NCBI GenBank assembly: GCA_947258425.1
Contig: CAMYIG010000001.1
Span: 866-64,865, forward strand
Source of the DNA: an uncultured Gammaproteobacteria bacterium
GTDB taxonomy: Bacteria; Pseudomonadota; Gammaproteobacteria; SZUA-140
Length of the DNA stretch: 64,000 nucleotides
Reading direction: 5' to 3'
The position numbers and the translations under genes were made by a program. Within the stretch, counting starts at the first letter, position 1. Every line of letters begins with the position of its first letter. Of this stretch, positions 38,382 to 49,294 are shown piece by piece. The notes under the pieces were generated by a model. The model did no database searches, had not been told where the DNA came from, and was given only the letters and a program-made list of their open reading frames with translations.

Positions 38382-39331
38382 TAATCCTCAATATGCATGC
38401 CACGCTCGATGTATTCTTGATACGTCACGACCTCAAGCTCATCATCCACTAACAGATCCAGCATCTCTTCAAAACCAGGAATCTTTTTAATATCCATCGG
38501 GTCCATATAAATATTGATGTACGAACCGGTCTGTTTTCCCATCTCGATCAGATCTTTAAAAAGCCCCAGATAATCCTCTGGCCCGCGATGGATTAATCGA
38601 TGAGATAATCTTTGTGCATTTAATGAATGCCAGGTATCGAAAACGGTAAATGGATGTTTGGGACAGGTGCTGAGTGGAATTTCAATAATCCCGTCACTCG
38701 CCATATATGGCAGCCCTGATGTGGTTGTATTTGTCAGCCAGGTCGATGAAGAGTAGGTATAATTCAGCTCTTTAAGAATTGAATAGATCTCGTCAGTAAA
38801 CAGGTTTTTAAAGTGCGGAATGCGTAGTCCAGTCGGCTCAACACCTAACACTCGCTGACATATCTCATGACACCGCGCGACCTCTTCCACCTTTTCATCA
38901 CGCGAGATATCTTTAAACTTTCGTCCTGGATTTAATAACTCGTTATCAGGGTGGGAATAGGTGTGGTTCATCAACTCATGCCCACCCAATAATACCGATT
39001 CATGCTCTTTGGGGTAGTCTTCTATCCAATGTCCCACTGCTGCAAAGGTTGCCTTAAAAGGATAAGGCTCCATCATCTTGACGATATCGGGTAACGCCTC
39101 AACATCCTCTGGATAATCACAATCAAAAGATAATGTGAAACAAGCCTTCTTCCCGTTCCACAATGACCTGCCTTTATTAACATTATAAATGGATCTGACA
39201 AACGCCTTAGGAAAGGTAAATGTAATCAGTCCAATCAGTGGAAGATTGTGATTTTGTGTTGAAATCCATCGATAAAGTCCACTTGGAATTTTCACAGTAG
39301 CGCCCCTGTATTTATTGCTTATCAAGCGCAA
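38381..39331 (-). CDS. Polysaccharide deacetylase (NodB/CE4 family)
   Basis: TLSFDCDY (motif-1 variant of TFDDG); HELMNHTYSHP (H-x-x-x-H motif 2). Confidence 0.7.
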   Translation of the reverse strand: MRLISNKYRGATVKIPSGLYRWISTQNHNLPLIGLITFTFPKAFVRSIYNVNKGRSLWNGKKACFTLSFDCDYPEDVEALPDIVKMMEPYPFKATFAAVGHWIEDYPKEHESVLLGGHELMNHTYSHPDNELLNPGRKFKDISRDEKVEEVARCHEICQRVLGVEPTGLRIPHFKNLFTDEIYSILKELNYTYSSSTWLTNTTTSGLPYMASDGIIEIPLSTCPKHPFTVFDTWHSLNAQRLSHRLIHRGPEDYLGLFKDLIEMGKQTGSYINIYMDPMDIKKIPGFEEMLDLLVDDELEVVTYQEYIERGMHIED

Positions 39332-40493
39332 AGTTCAACGAAACCTTTGCATTATTAAACCAGTTATGGGTTTCAACCACATGTTGTCTTGCAGCAACAC
39401 CCATCTGATGAGTTAGTTCATCACTCGACAGGAGTTTACTTAAACATTTCTCCAGTGAAGCGACATCTTTTTTATTGAAAATCAGCCCTTGTTTGCCATC
39501 TTCAATGGCATCCAGTAGTGGCCCGTAATCCGGCCCAACCACAGGCTTGCACATGGACATGTATTCAAAAATCTTCATCGGTGAGCCATAGTCATTTGAA
39601 TCCGGCATCACGCCAATCGTGAACGCAGACATATAGTGGGGAAGTTCAGCATGGTTCACCTTGCCAGCAAAAATGACATTCGCTAACAAACCTAATCGCT
39701 CCACCTGCACCTCAATTTTCTCACGTTCAGGACCATCGCCAATCAGCAACAACATAGTCTCTGGATTATTTTCCACAACCTTAGCAAAGGCGTTAACGAG
39801 TAAATCCAGACCATGCCAGGGATAAAATCCGCCGACAAAACCAACCACTTTTTTCCCGGCTAAAGAGGTACCCTTTACCTCCGCAATAGCGGGAATATCT
39901 GGAGAGAATTTATCCGGATAGGCCGCATTTGGTACCACCAGAATTTTCTCCTCGCTCATTCCGTAATCATTTATCAGGTGCGCTTTTAAATGGCTAGAGA
40001 CAGCAATTAAGGTCGTCGCCTGACAAAATATTAGCTTATCGACCCATTTCGCCAGCGGCATTAGTAATGCACTCCTTTTACGTACTAAAGCAGTTTTCGC
40101 GGTATAATTCACCTCGATAATCAACGGTACTTTCCATATCCGGGAATAGAGCGCCCCCGCTACCGCGAATATAGCGTAACGCTCATAAATTGCGCCATAA
40201 CTTTTGCCTCTCGACGCGCTTCTCACATTAGCGATCGCAATAGCATTGTAGGCAATCTCAGCCAACTCAAAAACAGCAGAAGGTGAGTACTGGCTAATTA
40301 CTTTAAACAATCGGCTTTTAAACGATGGTCGCTGTTCACTTGCGACTGCTGGCTGATCAGATTGCCTGTCACCACCCACCGGAGAGACAACATTAACTTC
40401 ATGCCCAAGTGCCGTCAGGCCATCGATAATGCCCCAGATATGCACACCTTCGACACCGCCCCCCTGGGTTCTATGCAGATAAAGTATATTCAT
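39312..40493 (-). CDS. Glycosyltransferase, GT4 family
   Basis: LLLIGDGPEREKIE..; MKIFEYMSMCKPVVGPDYGP.. C-terminal Glycos_transf_1 pattern. Confidence 0.75.
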   Translation of the reverse strand: MNILYLHRTQGGGVEGVHIWGIIDGLTALGHEVNVVSPVGGDRQSDQPAVASEQRPSFKSRLFKVISQYSPSAVFELAEIAYNAIAIANVRSASRGKSYGAIYERYAIFAVAGALYSRIWKVPLIIEVNYTAKTALVRKRSALLMPLAKWVDKLIFCQATTLIAVSSHLKAHLINDYGMSEEKILVVPNAAYPDKFSPDIPAIAEVKGTSLAGKKVVGFVGGFYPWHGLDLLVNAFAKVVENNPETMLLLIGDGPEREKIEVQVERLGLLANVIFAGKVNHAELPHYMSAFTIGVMPDSNDYGSPMKIFEYMSMCKPVVGPDYGPLLDAIEDGKQGLIFNKKDVASLEKCLSKLLSSDELTHQMGVAARQHVVETHNWFNNAKVSLNFALDKQ

Positions 40494-40535
40494 AAAATTT
40501 CAGACTTAATGCACCATCGCTCACTGTTCATCCCT

Positions 40536-41177
40536 TCACCCTTTCAATAATTCCGAGACTGTCACTGACTGCAGCCCACTCGCCGCGAGCTGATCTAATA
40601 ATGATTTGAGTGCCAATGGGGTATATGGTGTCTTATCGTGCAAAAGAGCAATATCACCAGCGATTAGTGGATGTTGCTCAAAAAAATCCGTAATCTCATC
40701 AGCAGAGGTTACTTTATAGTCCTCTGGATCCACATTCCATAATATGGCTTTCTGCCTTTTAGCTAAAATATACCGAAGTAATCCCAATGTAATCACCCCT
40801 TTAGGCGGCCGAAAAAGTGACCGGCTCTCAGGCGCCTGGTCGTCAGACCTAAGTAGCTCCCACACATCATCAAGTTCATCGCTTATCGCATGGTAGCCCA
40901 ATAAGCTGAACTCGGGGTGCGTCATAGAATGGTTACCTAATTCATGGCCTCGTGCTTCAATCATTTTCGTTATTTCAGGATATTTCTTAACCTGCTCTCC
41001 CACTACGAAAAATGTTGCCTTCATACCCGCCTCATCCAGCACATCCAGCACCTGTTCTGTATAGGGGTGGAATGGACCGTCATCAAAGGTCAGCGCGACC
41101 TTTTCAGCACCTGTTGTTGAACGGCAAACAAGAAAATGAGACAAGATAACTTCTTTTACCCATTTCTTAAGGTTCAT
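40536..41177 (-). CDS. Polysaccharide deacetylase (NodB/CE4 family)
   Basis: VALTFDDGPF (motif 1), HELGNHSMTHP (motif 2). Probable start MNLKKW at 41177; the longer ORF reaching 41249 would overlap the upstream GT by 83 nt. Confidence 0.85.
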   Translation of the reverse strand: MNLKKWVKEVILSHFLVCRSTTGAEKVALTFDDGPFHPYTEQVLDVLDEAGMKATFFVVGEQVKKYPEITKMIEARGHELGNHSMTHPEFSLLGYHAISDELDDVWELLRSDDQAPESRSLFRPPKGVITLGLLRYILAKRQKAILWNVDPEDYKVTSADEITDFFEQHPLIAGDIALLHDKTPYTPLALKSLLDQLAASGLQSVTVSELLKG

Positions 41178-42387
41178 AACCGTTATCCTGTAATTGATCA
41201 AAAACCTTGATATACGCTTGCGCAGTACTATCCCAGTTCGCCCAGGCAACGGTCTCGGTGATCGCTAGCGGGTCCCACTGTTTATGGATAACATCAAATA
41301 ACCCCTGAGCAAGCTCATTGGCATCTTCTTTCTGCACCAACAGACCGTTACTACGATTAACCAATTCAGGAATCCCGCCAACATTTGATGCTATCGCCGG
41401 TAACCCACATGCAAACGCTTCAATCAAAACACTTGGGCGTCCCTCCATGCGGCTGGGCAGGCACAGGGCATCAGACACCTTCATCCAACGATGAATCTCA
41501 TCGTGCTGCATCGTGCCTAAAAAACTAACACTCTCAGAAAGATTATTATCTCGCACATAATTCTCTAGTAATTGACGCTGTGGGCCATCGCCAATCAAAT
41601 GGGTATAAAAATTGAGCATACCCTTATTTTTCAACAACAATAAAGATTCCAGTAAAACATCAAGCCCCTTTACCTCATGGAGCCTGCCTACGAATAGCAG
41701 AAATTTTTTATCATGATCCAGGTTCAACATTGACCGAAGACGCAATTTTTCTTCTGCAATAAAATTGAATCGATTGGAATCCACACCATCTGATATAAAA
41801 ATACCTTTTTCTTTCGGCAAGCCTATTTCAATCACTCGATCCAATAACGCCTGACTCTTCGTTGTTACCATTCTGGATTTCGTAAACGCCCACCGTAACT
41901 GCGGCTTACTCCACCAGATATTGCTATAGACATTGATGTCAGAACCCAGCGTCGTCTGCACAACAGGAATTTTTAGTAAGATGCCTAGCAACGTCGCAGC
42001 GATTCCCGCAGGATAAATAAAATGCGCGTTGATTACATCAAGCCCTTTTTCATCGCGGATACGCTTCAGCACACGATAGCTTCCTAATACCATCCACAAT
42101 GCCTGAATAGCACGAAATACAACTGGCACATATAAATACTTCGGATAGTAAATCGTTATACCGTCACGTTCATCACACTCGGGGAGTCCAATAAATTCGG
42201 ACCACGCACGATTATTACGTAGAAATGTCAGATTGGGGCACCACGGGACTGGGCACACGACGGTTACATCTGAATATTTCTGTAGCGCCTTAACAAGCTC
42301 CACATTAAAAGTGCCACCCGCGATATCATTCCGGGTCGGAAACTCCCGGGTGAAAATAACAATTTTTTTATTATTCTGAGATTCCAT
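41167..42387 (-). CDS. Glycosyltransferase, GT4 family
   Basis: LIGDGPQRQLLENYV..; PSRMEGRPSVLIEAFACGLPAIASNVGGIPELV is the EX7E-type motif region of GT4. Confidence 0.8.
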   Translation of the reverse strand: MESQNNKKIVIFTREFPTRNDIAGGTFNVELVKALQKYSDVTVVCPVPWCPNLTFLRNNRAWSEFIGLPECDERDGITIYYPKYLYVPVVFRAIQALWMVLGSYRVLKRIRDEKGLDVINAHFIYPAGIAATLLGILLKIPVVQTTLGSDINVYSNIWWSKPQLRWAFTKSRMVTTKSQALLDRVIEIGLPKEKGIFISDGVDSNRFNFIAEEKLRLRSMLNLDHDKKFLLFVGRLHEVKGLDVLLESLLLLKNKGMLNFYTHLIGDGPQRQLLENYVRDNNLSESVSFLGTMQHDEIHRWMKVSDALCLPSRMEGRPSVLIEAFACGLPAIASNVGGIPELVNRSNGLLVQKEDANELAQGLFDVIHKQWDPLAITETVAWANWDSTAQAYIKVFDQLQDNGYEP

Positions 42388-42390
42388 ACA

Positions 42391-43533
42391 TCAAGCACCG
42401 GAACGATAAGCTTTTTCATAAAGCGAACTATAACGAGTAATCATAGCACTTTTACTAAAATGACTTTCGACGACGGCCCGACCCTCATTTCCCATCGCCT
42501 CTCTTTTTTTCTCATCTTCCACTAATTCAAGCACTTTCAGAGACATCGTATCAGCATCGCCAACCGGCGTAAGTAGCCCACTAACATGATTCTTTACCAA
42601 CTGAGGATTTCCACCCACATCTGTGGCTATTACTGGTAATGCACTACTCATTGCTTCGAGAATACTTAGGCTCATCCCTTCGCTTATTGAGGAGACCATA
42701 TAGATATCCATCGCGCAATAATAGGGGCTCACATCTTCCTGCTCACCTGCAAAAATAACATTATTTTCTACCTTGGCACTCCTTACAAACTGCTCCAGTT
42801 CTTCACGCAGAATGCCATCTCCTACAATGATGAGCTTTATATCACTTCTGAGGTTTGTAATTAATGCTAACGCGGCAATCATTGTCTTATGATCTTTGAC
42901 TGGCACCAGCCGACCAATCGTACCTAATACAATGTCACTGTTATTAATTCCCAGACTTTCACGAACTTGACCGCCAACAACCGCATCCTTTGCAAATCGT
43001 TTAGTATCTACGCCATTCGGTACTACCTGAATATTGTTACTGTCGATACCAGAATCTTCAATCATCACTTTTCTGACCTGATCTGATACAGTCACCACGC
43101 TATCTGTAAAGTAGGTCAAACATCTCTCCAATATAAAGCGATGTTTCTTTTTTGCTGTTTCATTGGAGTGCGCCGTATACACTACCCGTGTACCACGACA
43201 AAGTAGAGCGGCAACTACAGAATACAGCCACGCGGAATAGTTATTGCTATGAACAACGTGAATTTTCTGTTCTTTTATAAATCGAATTAATTTGAAAAAT
43301 AAAAAAAGATCTATCCCTTCTTTTTTATCAAACACATGCACAGGCACTTTTGCCCTCTGTAGGTCTTGCTCTAAAACACCACCACCCTCGAATACCGCAA
43401 CCTGCACTGAATATTTATCATTTTCAAGGCCCGAAACCATTTCAACGATCATCCGCTCGATACCACCCATGCCCATTGAGTGATTAACAAACAGCAAATT
43501 AATTTTCTGTGAGGAAACCACCGATTTGCTCAT
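42391..43533 (-). CDS. Glycosyltransferase, GT4 family
   Basis: IIVGDGILREELE..; SISEGMSLSILEAMSSALPVIATDVGGNPQLV. Confidence 0.8.
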   Translation of the reverse strand: MSKSVVSSQKINLLFVNHSMGMGGIERMIVEMVSGLENDKYSVQVAVFEGGGVLEQDLQRAKVPVHVFDKKEGIDLFLFFKLIRFIKEQKIHVVHSNNYSAWLYSVVAALLCRGTRVVYTAHSNETAKKKHRFILERCLTYFTDSVVTVSDQVRKVMIEDSGIDSNNIQVVPNGVDTKRFAKDAVVGGQVRESLGINNSDIVLGTIGRLVPVKDHKTMIAALALITNLRSDIKLIIVGDGILREELEQFVRSAKVENNVIFAGEQEDVSPYYCAMDIYMVSSISEGMSLSILEAMSSALPVIATDVGGNPQLVKNHVSGLLTPVGDADTMSLKVLELVEDEKKREAMGNEGRAVVESHFSKSAMITRYSSLYEKAYRSGA

Positions 43534-44792
43534 ATAATTTCCTTAACCGCTGCCAACCAAATCATAAATATCAAGCCAAACATGCCCGATATAATTATCA
43601 ATAAATCCTTTTTTGATAATGAAACCACTGGAACTTGATCCGATTCTTTACGTGCAACCAGATATGCAGCCGCAGACAAACCCAGCACAAAATAGAGCAG
43701 GTCAAGTTCCATTACGACAAAAAACGTAGTGGCCAGGTAACCTATTAGCGCCGCTGTTAGCATTCCATTTGCAGCCACTATTCGCCCATCAAGTCCCTCT
43801 ACCTGCTTGCTTACATAGTAATTACCTTTAAAGCTAAACCACAAAATTGCAGTAAAACAGAAAAACCCAAGCAATCCTAACTCTGCAAAATTCTGCACAT
43901 AATTATTATGAGCGATCAGCTTCAATTCAGAGGCCGCAGCAAACTGCCCTCGTCCAATACCTAATAATGGGTTATCGACCAACATTTCGAGCCCTTGCTC
44001 CCATAGCCATACCCGCTCACCGGCAGATGACTCCGAAGAACTCACTTCGCTCATTCTAGAAGGTCCGACAAGTACGATCGCAGAAATGACAGCAACACCT
44101 AACAGTACCGCCTTCCAGAGCTTAAAATAACTTTTAAAATAAAAAATAAGTGCGCAAATCACGGCAAGTACTGCGCCTCTTGAATTTGTGAAATATATCG
44201 CGTACATAAACAGCCCAAAAAGTCCCATACCAAACAACTTTACACCCAGCGAATTAGTCTTTCTTGCGAATAGATCGATAGACATTGCTGCCGAGATAAC
44301 AAATAGCAGCCCATACACATTTGGGCCGTCCCAATCGCCATACCAACGCACTCGTATTTCGGTATAGCCAGGATAAGAAGTAAGTCCACCCCAGCTTTCA
44401 CCGGTAAGCGCTTGCAAAATCGCCTGATACGCAAGGAATATCGACATCAAAAATACCATGTAAACAACTGATATTAATTTTTCTTTGGTATTTACTAGCC
44501 ATACGACCATAATAAAAACTAATACGCGTTTAAGAAAAATAATAAACTGCTCTATCGCGGTCCCTGCATCCACAGAAATAAATGTAGACAGAAAAATAAC
44601 CACTAAATAGAAAACAAGTAATTTAATTTGTGGGATCTGGAATTCTGAAGGGTTTTGTGAATAATTCATAAACCCAATCACTAACCCCAGTGGGATCAGA
44701 ATATCATTCGTGGGCATCCCCATGAGTGACGGCACCCAATCCTGAGGCCTCACATATAGCGAGACCAGATATAAAAATATAATTATGCGCAC
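43530..44792 (-). CDS. O-antigen ligase / Wzy-like polymerase family membrane protein (of the type annotated 'O-glycosylation ligase, exosortase A-associated')
   Basis: ~12 predicted TM helices with a large periplasmic loop. AT-rich and hydrophobic. Position in the EPS operon. Confidence 0.6.
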   Translation of the reverse strand: MRIIIFLYLVSLYVRPQDWVPSLMGMPTNDILIPLGLVIGFMNYSQNPSEFQIPQIKLLVFYLVVIFLSTFISVDAGTAIEQFIIFLKRVLVFIMVVWLVNTKEKLISVVYMVFLMSIFLAYQAILQALTGESWGGLTSYPGYTEIRVRWYGDWDGPNVYGLLFVISAAMSIDLFARKTNSLGVKLFGMGLFGLFMYAIYFTNSRGAVLAVICALIFYFKSYFKLWKAVLLGVAVISAIVLVGPSRMSEVSSSESSAGERVWLWEQGLEMLVDNPLLGIGRGQFAAASELKLIAHNNYVQNFAELGLLGFFCFTAILWFSFKGNYYVSKQVEGLDGRIVAANGMLTAALIGYLATTFFVVMELDLLYFVLGLSAAAYLVARKESDQVPVVSLSKKDLLIIISGMFGLIFMIWLAAVKEII

Positions 44793-44829
44793 TGAATAGT
44801 ACCCCGCGCATCCATTCCAACCATCACCA

Positions 44830-46293
44830 TCACAAAAACTTTTCCTTCAATGATGAGGCTCGAACAGCTAACTCTTTAAACATCCCCCTTACCTTGCTAT
44901 CAATCAGGTACAACACCAGCACAAATCCGAGAATCAGACCCGTTTTCACAACAATACCCCAAATTATTTCTGCCGGAACAAGAAACAGGCTAAGCACATA
45001 GAAAGTTATTGCGACTAACGTGACAATGAGCGACCTTACATGCAGGTATGACACAGGGTAAATTTTCTGCGACACGTAGAACGTAAGAAAAGAGAAAATG
45101 ACACCAGAAATAATAAACATGGTTGCCGCGCCGTACACTCCCATCAACTGGATGAGGATAAAATTTCCGGCCACATCAATCACGAAAACAACCATACTGA
45201 TATACAATATATATTTGGTCTTTTTCTGATATAAAAGACCGGTTTGATAGCAATATGACATTTCTCGAGCGGCCACACCCACTAACAAAAGTGGGACAAC
45301 TGAACTTGCAGTCCAAAACGCCTCGCTCGAAGCTATCACTAAAACATCTGATGCAAATAAAGATATGCCTAGCGCAACAAAAGAAACCGCTACGACAAAA
45401 TAATGGGTGACGACTATCTGAATATCCTTAGCATCATCCTGATTCATTATTGAAAATCTAAATGGACCGTAGACCCTCTGAAATGGTTCTACCAGCATAA
45501 ATCTCAATAACAGACCAAACTTCATTGCAAGCCCGTAAACACCAACGGCTTCTAATGATGCATAGGTACGCAACATCACTTGCCCAACATTAATCATCAG
45601 CACCATCACAATAGCGCTACCCGCAAATGGTACGCTGTACTTTATGACTGGAATGGCCTTGGCAAGATCAAAACTGAAGCCACAGTGTCTAATCACGTAG
45701 AAAATTAATATTGTACCAACCAGCCCAGCACATATTAAATTAGCTTTTAATACACCAACAATTCCTTCTTCCCAATAGGCCACAAACAACACACTAAAGA
45801 CCAACTGTGTTATCAACTTTGCAATGGATAATAAAACATAAAAAATAGAGAGTTCTTTTGCTCTGAGGTATGCATAACCGATTTCTGAACTTAACTCGAT
45901 CACTATAATAACTAAAACAAGCTGTAATGCTTTCTCATACCCACTATCACCGAGCAAAAGCACTGTCATTTCTGGCACCCAGCTAGCCAGCAATAGAACC
46001 CCAGCAATGGACAACCCTAATGATGTAAATAGATTTGTGGTAATAACAGCATTACGATCTTTTTTACTTTCGTAATCAAAATAGAATCTTAATGTTGCAT
46101 GTGATAACCCAGCGCCAAGCAGTACCGATAGCGTTGCACTACTCGCGTAGAGTAGCTCTAGTGCGCCATACTCTGATAGTGAAAGATAATGCGTATATAA
46201 AGGAAGTAAGACGAAAGCCCCAAGCCTGTTAATTGCATTGCCAATCCAGTATATCGCACCGTGATGAAGCAGACGCTGTATGTCCTTCTTCAT
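44830..46293 (-). CDS. Wzx-type polysaccharide flippase (MOP superfamily)
   Basis: 487 aa, ~12-14 TM helices, with the conserved N-terminal basic/aromatic pattern of Wzx/RfbX proteins. Adjacent to the polymerase-like gene. Confidence 0.7.
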   Translation of the reverse strand: MKKDIQRLLHHGAIYWIGNAINRLGAFVLLPLYTHYLSLSEYGALELLYASSATLSVLLGAGLSHATLRFYFDYESKKDRNAVITTNLFTSLGLSIAGVLLLASWVPEMTVLLLGDSGYEKALQLVLVIIVIELSSEIGYAYLRAKELSIFYVLLSIAKLITQLVFSVLFVAYWEEGIVGVLKANLICAGLVGTILIFYVIRHCGFSFDLAKAIPVIKYSVPFAGSAIVMVLMINVGQVMLRTYASLEAVGVYGLAMKFGLLLRFMLVEPFQRVYGPFRFSIMNQDDAKDIQIVVTHYFVVAVSFVALGISLFASDVLVIASSEAFWTASSVVPLLLVGVAAREMSYCYQTGLLYQKKTKYILYISMVVFVIDVAGNFILIQLMGVYGAATMFIISGVIFSFLTFYVSQKIYPVSYLHVRSLIVTLVAITFYVLSLFLVPAEIIWGIVVKTGLILGFVLVLYLIDSKVRGMFKELAVRASSLKEKFL

Positions 46294-46294
46294 A

Positions 46295-48130
46295 TCAGTA
46301 CGGTTTATTATTAGAATTGTTATTTTCTTGGATATCTATTGCTTCGATCATTCGAATAAGTACTTCTTTAATGTTCTCGCGCGCAAAATCAGGATGGGAC
46401 TTTAATCCTGATGAAACTCTATCGCGTAGATGAGTTAACCAAAACAAACACTTAAGCGGAAATAAAAGTTCTGTGGGCAGCGCATACTTAGCGCATGCCA
46501 TTTCAATAAGATCTTTATAAAAAACGTCTGTTTTTCCAGGAAGCAGAATATTTTTATATACATCAGCCAACGACTGCCCTGTTTCAGATGAAATCCTGTA
46601 CAGAATCAGCGTATAGATATCCAGTAGTGGCATGCCATTCTTTTCAGACATATCCCAGTCGATAATTCCGCCAAGCTGGCCATCATCTAAAAAGAGAATA
46701 TTACCTAGCTTATAATCACCGTGAGACCTGACAAATGGAATATTTTTATCCTTAAAGGCCCCAAACAAAAACTCACCTATTATAGACAGCAGGGGCTTCA
46801 CATCATCATCACATAAGGCTGCCAATGGTGATATTGCGCCAACAATAAATTGATTAATTAATATTTCATCGAACGCTCTATTTTTTACTCCATTCATTTG
46901 CATATCAATAAAAAGCTCGCAAGATTGCATTATCATCAACTCTGCTTTCTCACCAAAGCCGTCTAACTCCTTCCCTCGTATTTTCTCTTCAATGATATAA
47001 CCCTTAGACTCTTGAACTTTATCTACGTAAAGTCTTGGAACAAAGCCTGAAAATATTTCATTTGATAATGCCTTAAGTGCATCAGCATTTCGCTGTACTG
47101 CCATTAAACCTTCAGACGTCCTTGGATGGCGCACGACAATATCTCGATCATTTTCATCCTCAGGGCCGACTATCAGAATGGTAACGCCAGAGTTCCCAGC
47201 AACAATTTTCTTTACAACTACGCGGCCTACCCCCCAATTAAGCATTACACCTATCCGCTCAGACTCAATAACTTCATCAATGACTCGCTTATGAGATACC
47301 CGAGAAGCAATCAGCATAAAGGATGGCCAAAGATTTGATGGTAAAAAGCGATGTTTTATATACTGCTTAATTTTATAGAATGCGCTCATGCAGTACACAC
47401 TCAAATCGCCTAAACTACCATTTTTCACAAACACGGGAAGCGGCATAAAACTAGATGTGTAATAAAAATCGCCAATATACTTATCTATAATACTATATTG
47501 CTGGCAGGATAAAATCCGCTTTAAACGCTTAACGGGGACTCCATTCAATTCTTTATCACGTGAAACCCCATGCAAATTGTGCAACCAATCTCGATAGTTT
47601 TGAGCATTATTATCGATAATAACGAGTGAACCATTCAGAGATAACAAAGCCTTACTGTTAGCTACAAATATGCGGTAGCGGTCACATACGCTCATCTCAC
47701 TTTGAAATGAACGGCTATTACTTACATGCAACAATATAACAAGTGAAACAGCTTCAGCGGCTATAGGTAGTGGCTTAGACAAATCAGCCTGCACTGGAAT
47801 CACATTATCCACTGATTTTTTCAGTGCCTCACGCTTTACCTTCATCAACGCATTCACATCACTATGAATGGCAATTACAGTTAAAAAATGCGGTGCAAGT
47901 TTACATGAGATATTTCCATCCGTATCATCGATCACTAACGCAACACTCTGGTTCTTCACATAATGTGGTAACAGCGGCAACCAGAAGGCGTGATCCGCGT
48001 TCGACTTCCCTAATAAATCTTTATACTGCGAAAAGCTCTCCGATTGATCCAGCATTGAACGTAGTGAATCCTGACAATCAGTTATGTCACCACTAGAATC
48101 GCAATAATTTTCTGGATAACTCTCTTTCAC
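46295..48130 (-). CDS. Two-domain protein with a C-terminal APH/choline-kinase-like phosphotransferase domain
   Basis: HGDYKLGNILFLDDGQLGGIIDWDMS is the Brenner motif (HGD.K.GN) plus the D-W-D metal-binding motif of the APH/ChoK/CotH kinase fold. The N-terminal ~300 aa are unassigned. Confidence 0.5.
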   Translation of the reverse strand: MKESYPENYCDSSGDITDCQDSLRSMLDQSESFSQYKDLLGKSNADHAFWLPLLPHYVKNQSVALVIDDTDGNISCKLAPHFLTVIAIHSDVNALMKVKREALKKSVDNVIPVQADLSKPLPIAAEAVSLVILLHVSNSRSFQSEMSVCDRYRIFVANSKALLSLNGSLVIIDNNAQNYRDWLHNLHGVSRDKELNGVPVKRLKRILSCQQYSIIDKYIGDFYYTSSFMPLPVFVKNGSLGDLSVYCMSAFYKIKQYIKHRFLPSNLWPSFMLIASRVSHKRVIDEVIESERIGVMLNWGVGRVVVKKIVAGNSGVTILIVGPEDENDRDIVVRHPRTSEGLMAVQRNADALKALSNEIFSGFVPRLYVDKVQESKGYIIEEKIRGKELDGFGEKAELMIMQSCELFIDMQMNGVKNRAFDEILINQFIVGAISPLAALCDDDVKPLLSIIGEFLFGAFKDKNIPFVRSHGDYKLGNILFLDDGQLGGIIDWDMSEKNGMPLLDIYTLILYRISSETGQSLADVYKNILLPGKTDVFYKDLIEMACAKYALPTELLFPLKCLFWLTHLRDRVSSGLKSHPDFARENIKEVLIRMIEAIDIQENNNSNNKPY

Positions 48131-48176
48131 ACCCTATCCTATAAACAATTATTTACCAGAAAGCATTAGCTTTAAA

Positions 48177-49205
48177 TTACATAAAAATTGATGGCAAGGA
48201 GAGCATCGCGGCAAACTCTTCCCTTGACTGATATCTTTCTACATGAAGCCGCTTGAGTGCATATTTTTCATAACATACGAACGAGTTAGTACCATTTACA
48301 TAACTAGTAGAAAACTCATACCCACACTGCTCTGCCATCTTCAACGCTCTTTTATCAAAAGCATTTTTGCCGCCCACAGGATATGCAAGTACCTGGCAAG
48401 GTTTGGCTAGCTGATCTTCAAGTACATTTTTTGAGTGTTCTATCTCGTAATATAATTCATCATCATCTAAATTAGAAAAAATTGGATGCGTGACTGAATG
48501 AGAGCCAAATTCGATATTACTTGCGGACATCTCTTTTACTTGCTCCCAGGTTAATGGAGCACTCTGGGAAAACTTTTCTTTGTTTTTTACAAACCCCGTT
48601 TGATGCTCAAGAATTTCTATAGTAGTAATCCTGGAGCTATTAGGTATTTCTTTCAGGCGTTGTAACAAAGTTTTCAGTAGTAATTTACGTTGATTACGGT
48701 CACTGTTTAGCTCAAGCACTAAATCTGCACTGTGAAGATCAATCATCATATTATCCGCGCAAAGAATCATATACGCGACCCAATCAAACCAGAATGGTTT
48801 AGTGCCACCGATATAATCCGTTGAGATAAAAATGGTTGCCGGCACATTACATTTTTTTAATATAGGAAACGCCACTGTATAGTTATCATCAAAGCCGTCG
48901 TCAAACGTAACAATGAGTGGCCGCGGCGGCATCTGCATCCTTCCTGCGGTTATTTCCACGAGATCGAAAAAAGTTATAGGATTGTAGTGTTTTTTAACAA
49001 AAGTCATTTGCCATTCGAAATCATCACTGGATGCACTAATCAGATCTAAATCAAACTTGTATTCTGTATCATCAGCAAGGTCTACTATTCTATGGTAGGC
49101 TAAAATCATTAACTCGCTTACATATCTCGATCGCAGTCCTGCAATAACTGGCAAAAGCCCTAAAGCGCTTAATGCCCGCCCTGCGAATGCTTTTTTACTA
49201 CCCAC
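48177..49205 (-). CDS. Polysaccharide deacetylase (NodB/CE4 family)
   Basis: LIVTFDDGFDDN (motif 1); FGSHSVTHP (motif 2). 342 aa. Confidence 0.75.
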   Translation of the reverse strand: MGSKKAFAGRALSALGLLPVIAGLRSRYVSELMILAYHRIVDLADDTEYKFDLDLISASSDDFEWQMTFVKKHYNPITFFDLVEITAGRMQMPPRPLIVTFDDGFDDNYTVAFPILKKCNVPATIFISTDYIGGTKPFWFDWVAYMILCADNMMIDLHSADLVLELNSDRNQRKLLLKTLLQRLKEIPNSSRITTIEILEHQTGFVKNKEKFSQSAPLTWEQVKEMSASNIEFGSHSVTHPIFSNLDDDELYYEIEHSKNVLEDQLAKPCQVLAYPVGGKNAFDKRALKMAEQCGYEFSTSYVNGTNSFVCYEKYALKRLHVERYQSREEFAAMLSLPSIFM

Positions 49206-49294
49206 TTATTTATTAATCCAGTTTGTCATTCTAGCTTTCCTATCAACTAGCCCATTAAAATATTTACAACCAACAGCACCACTAATTCTTAAAC

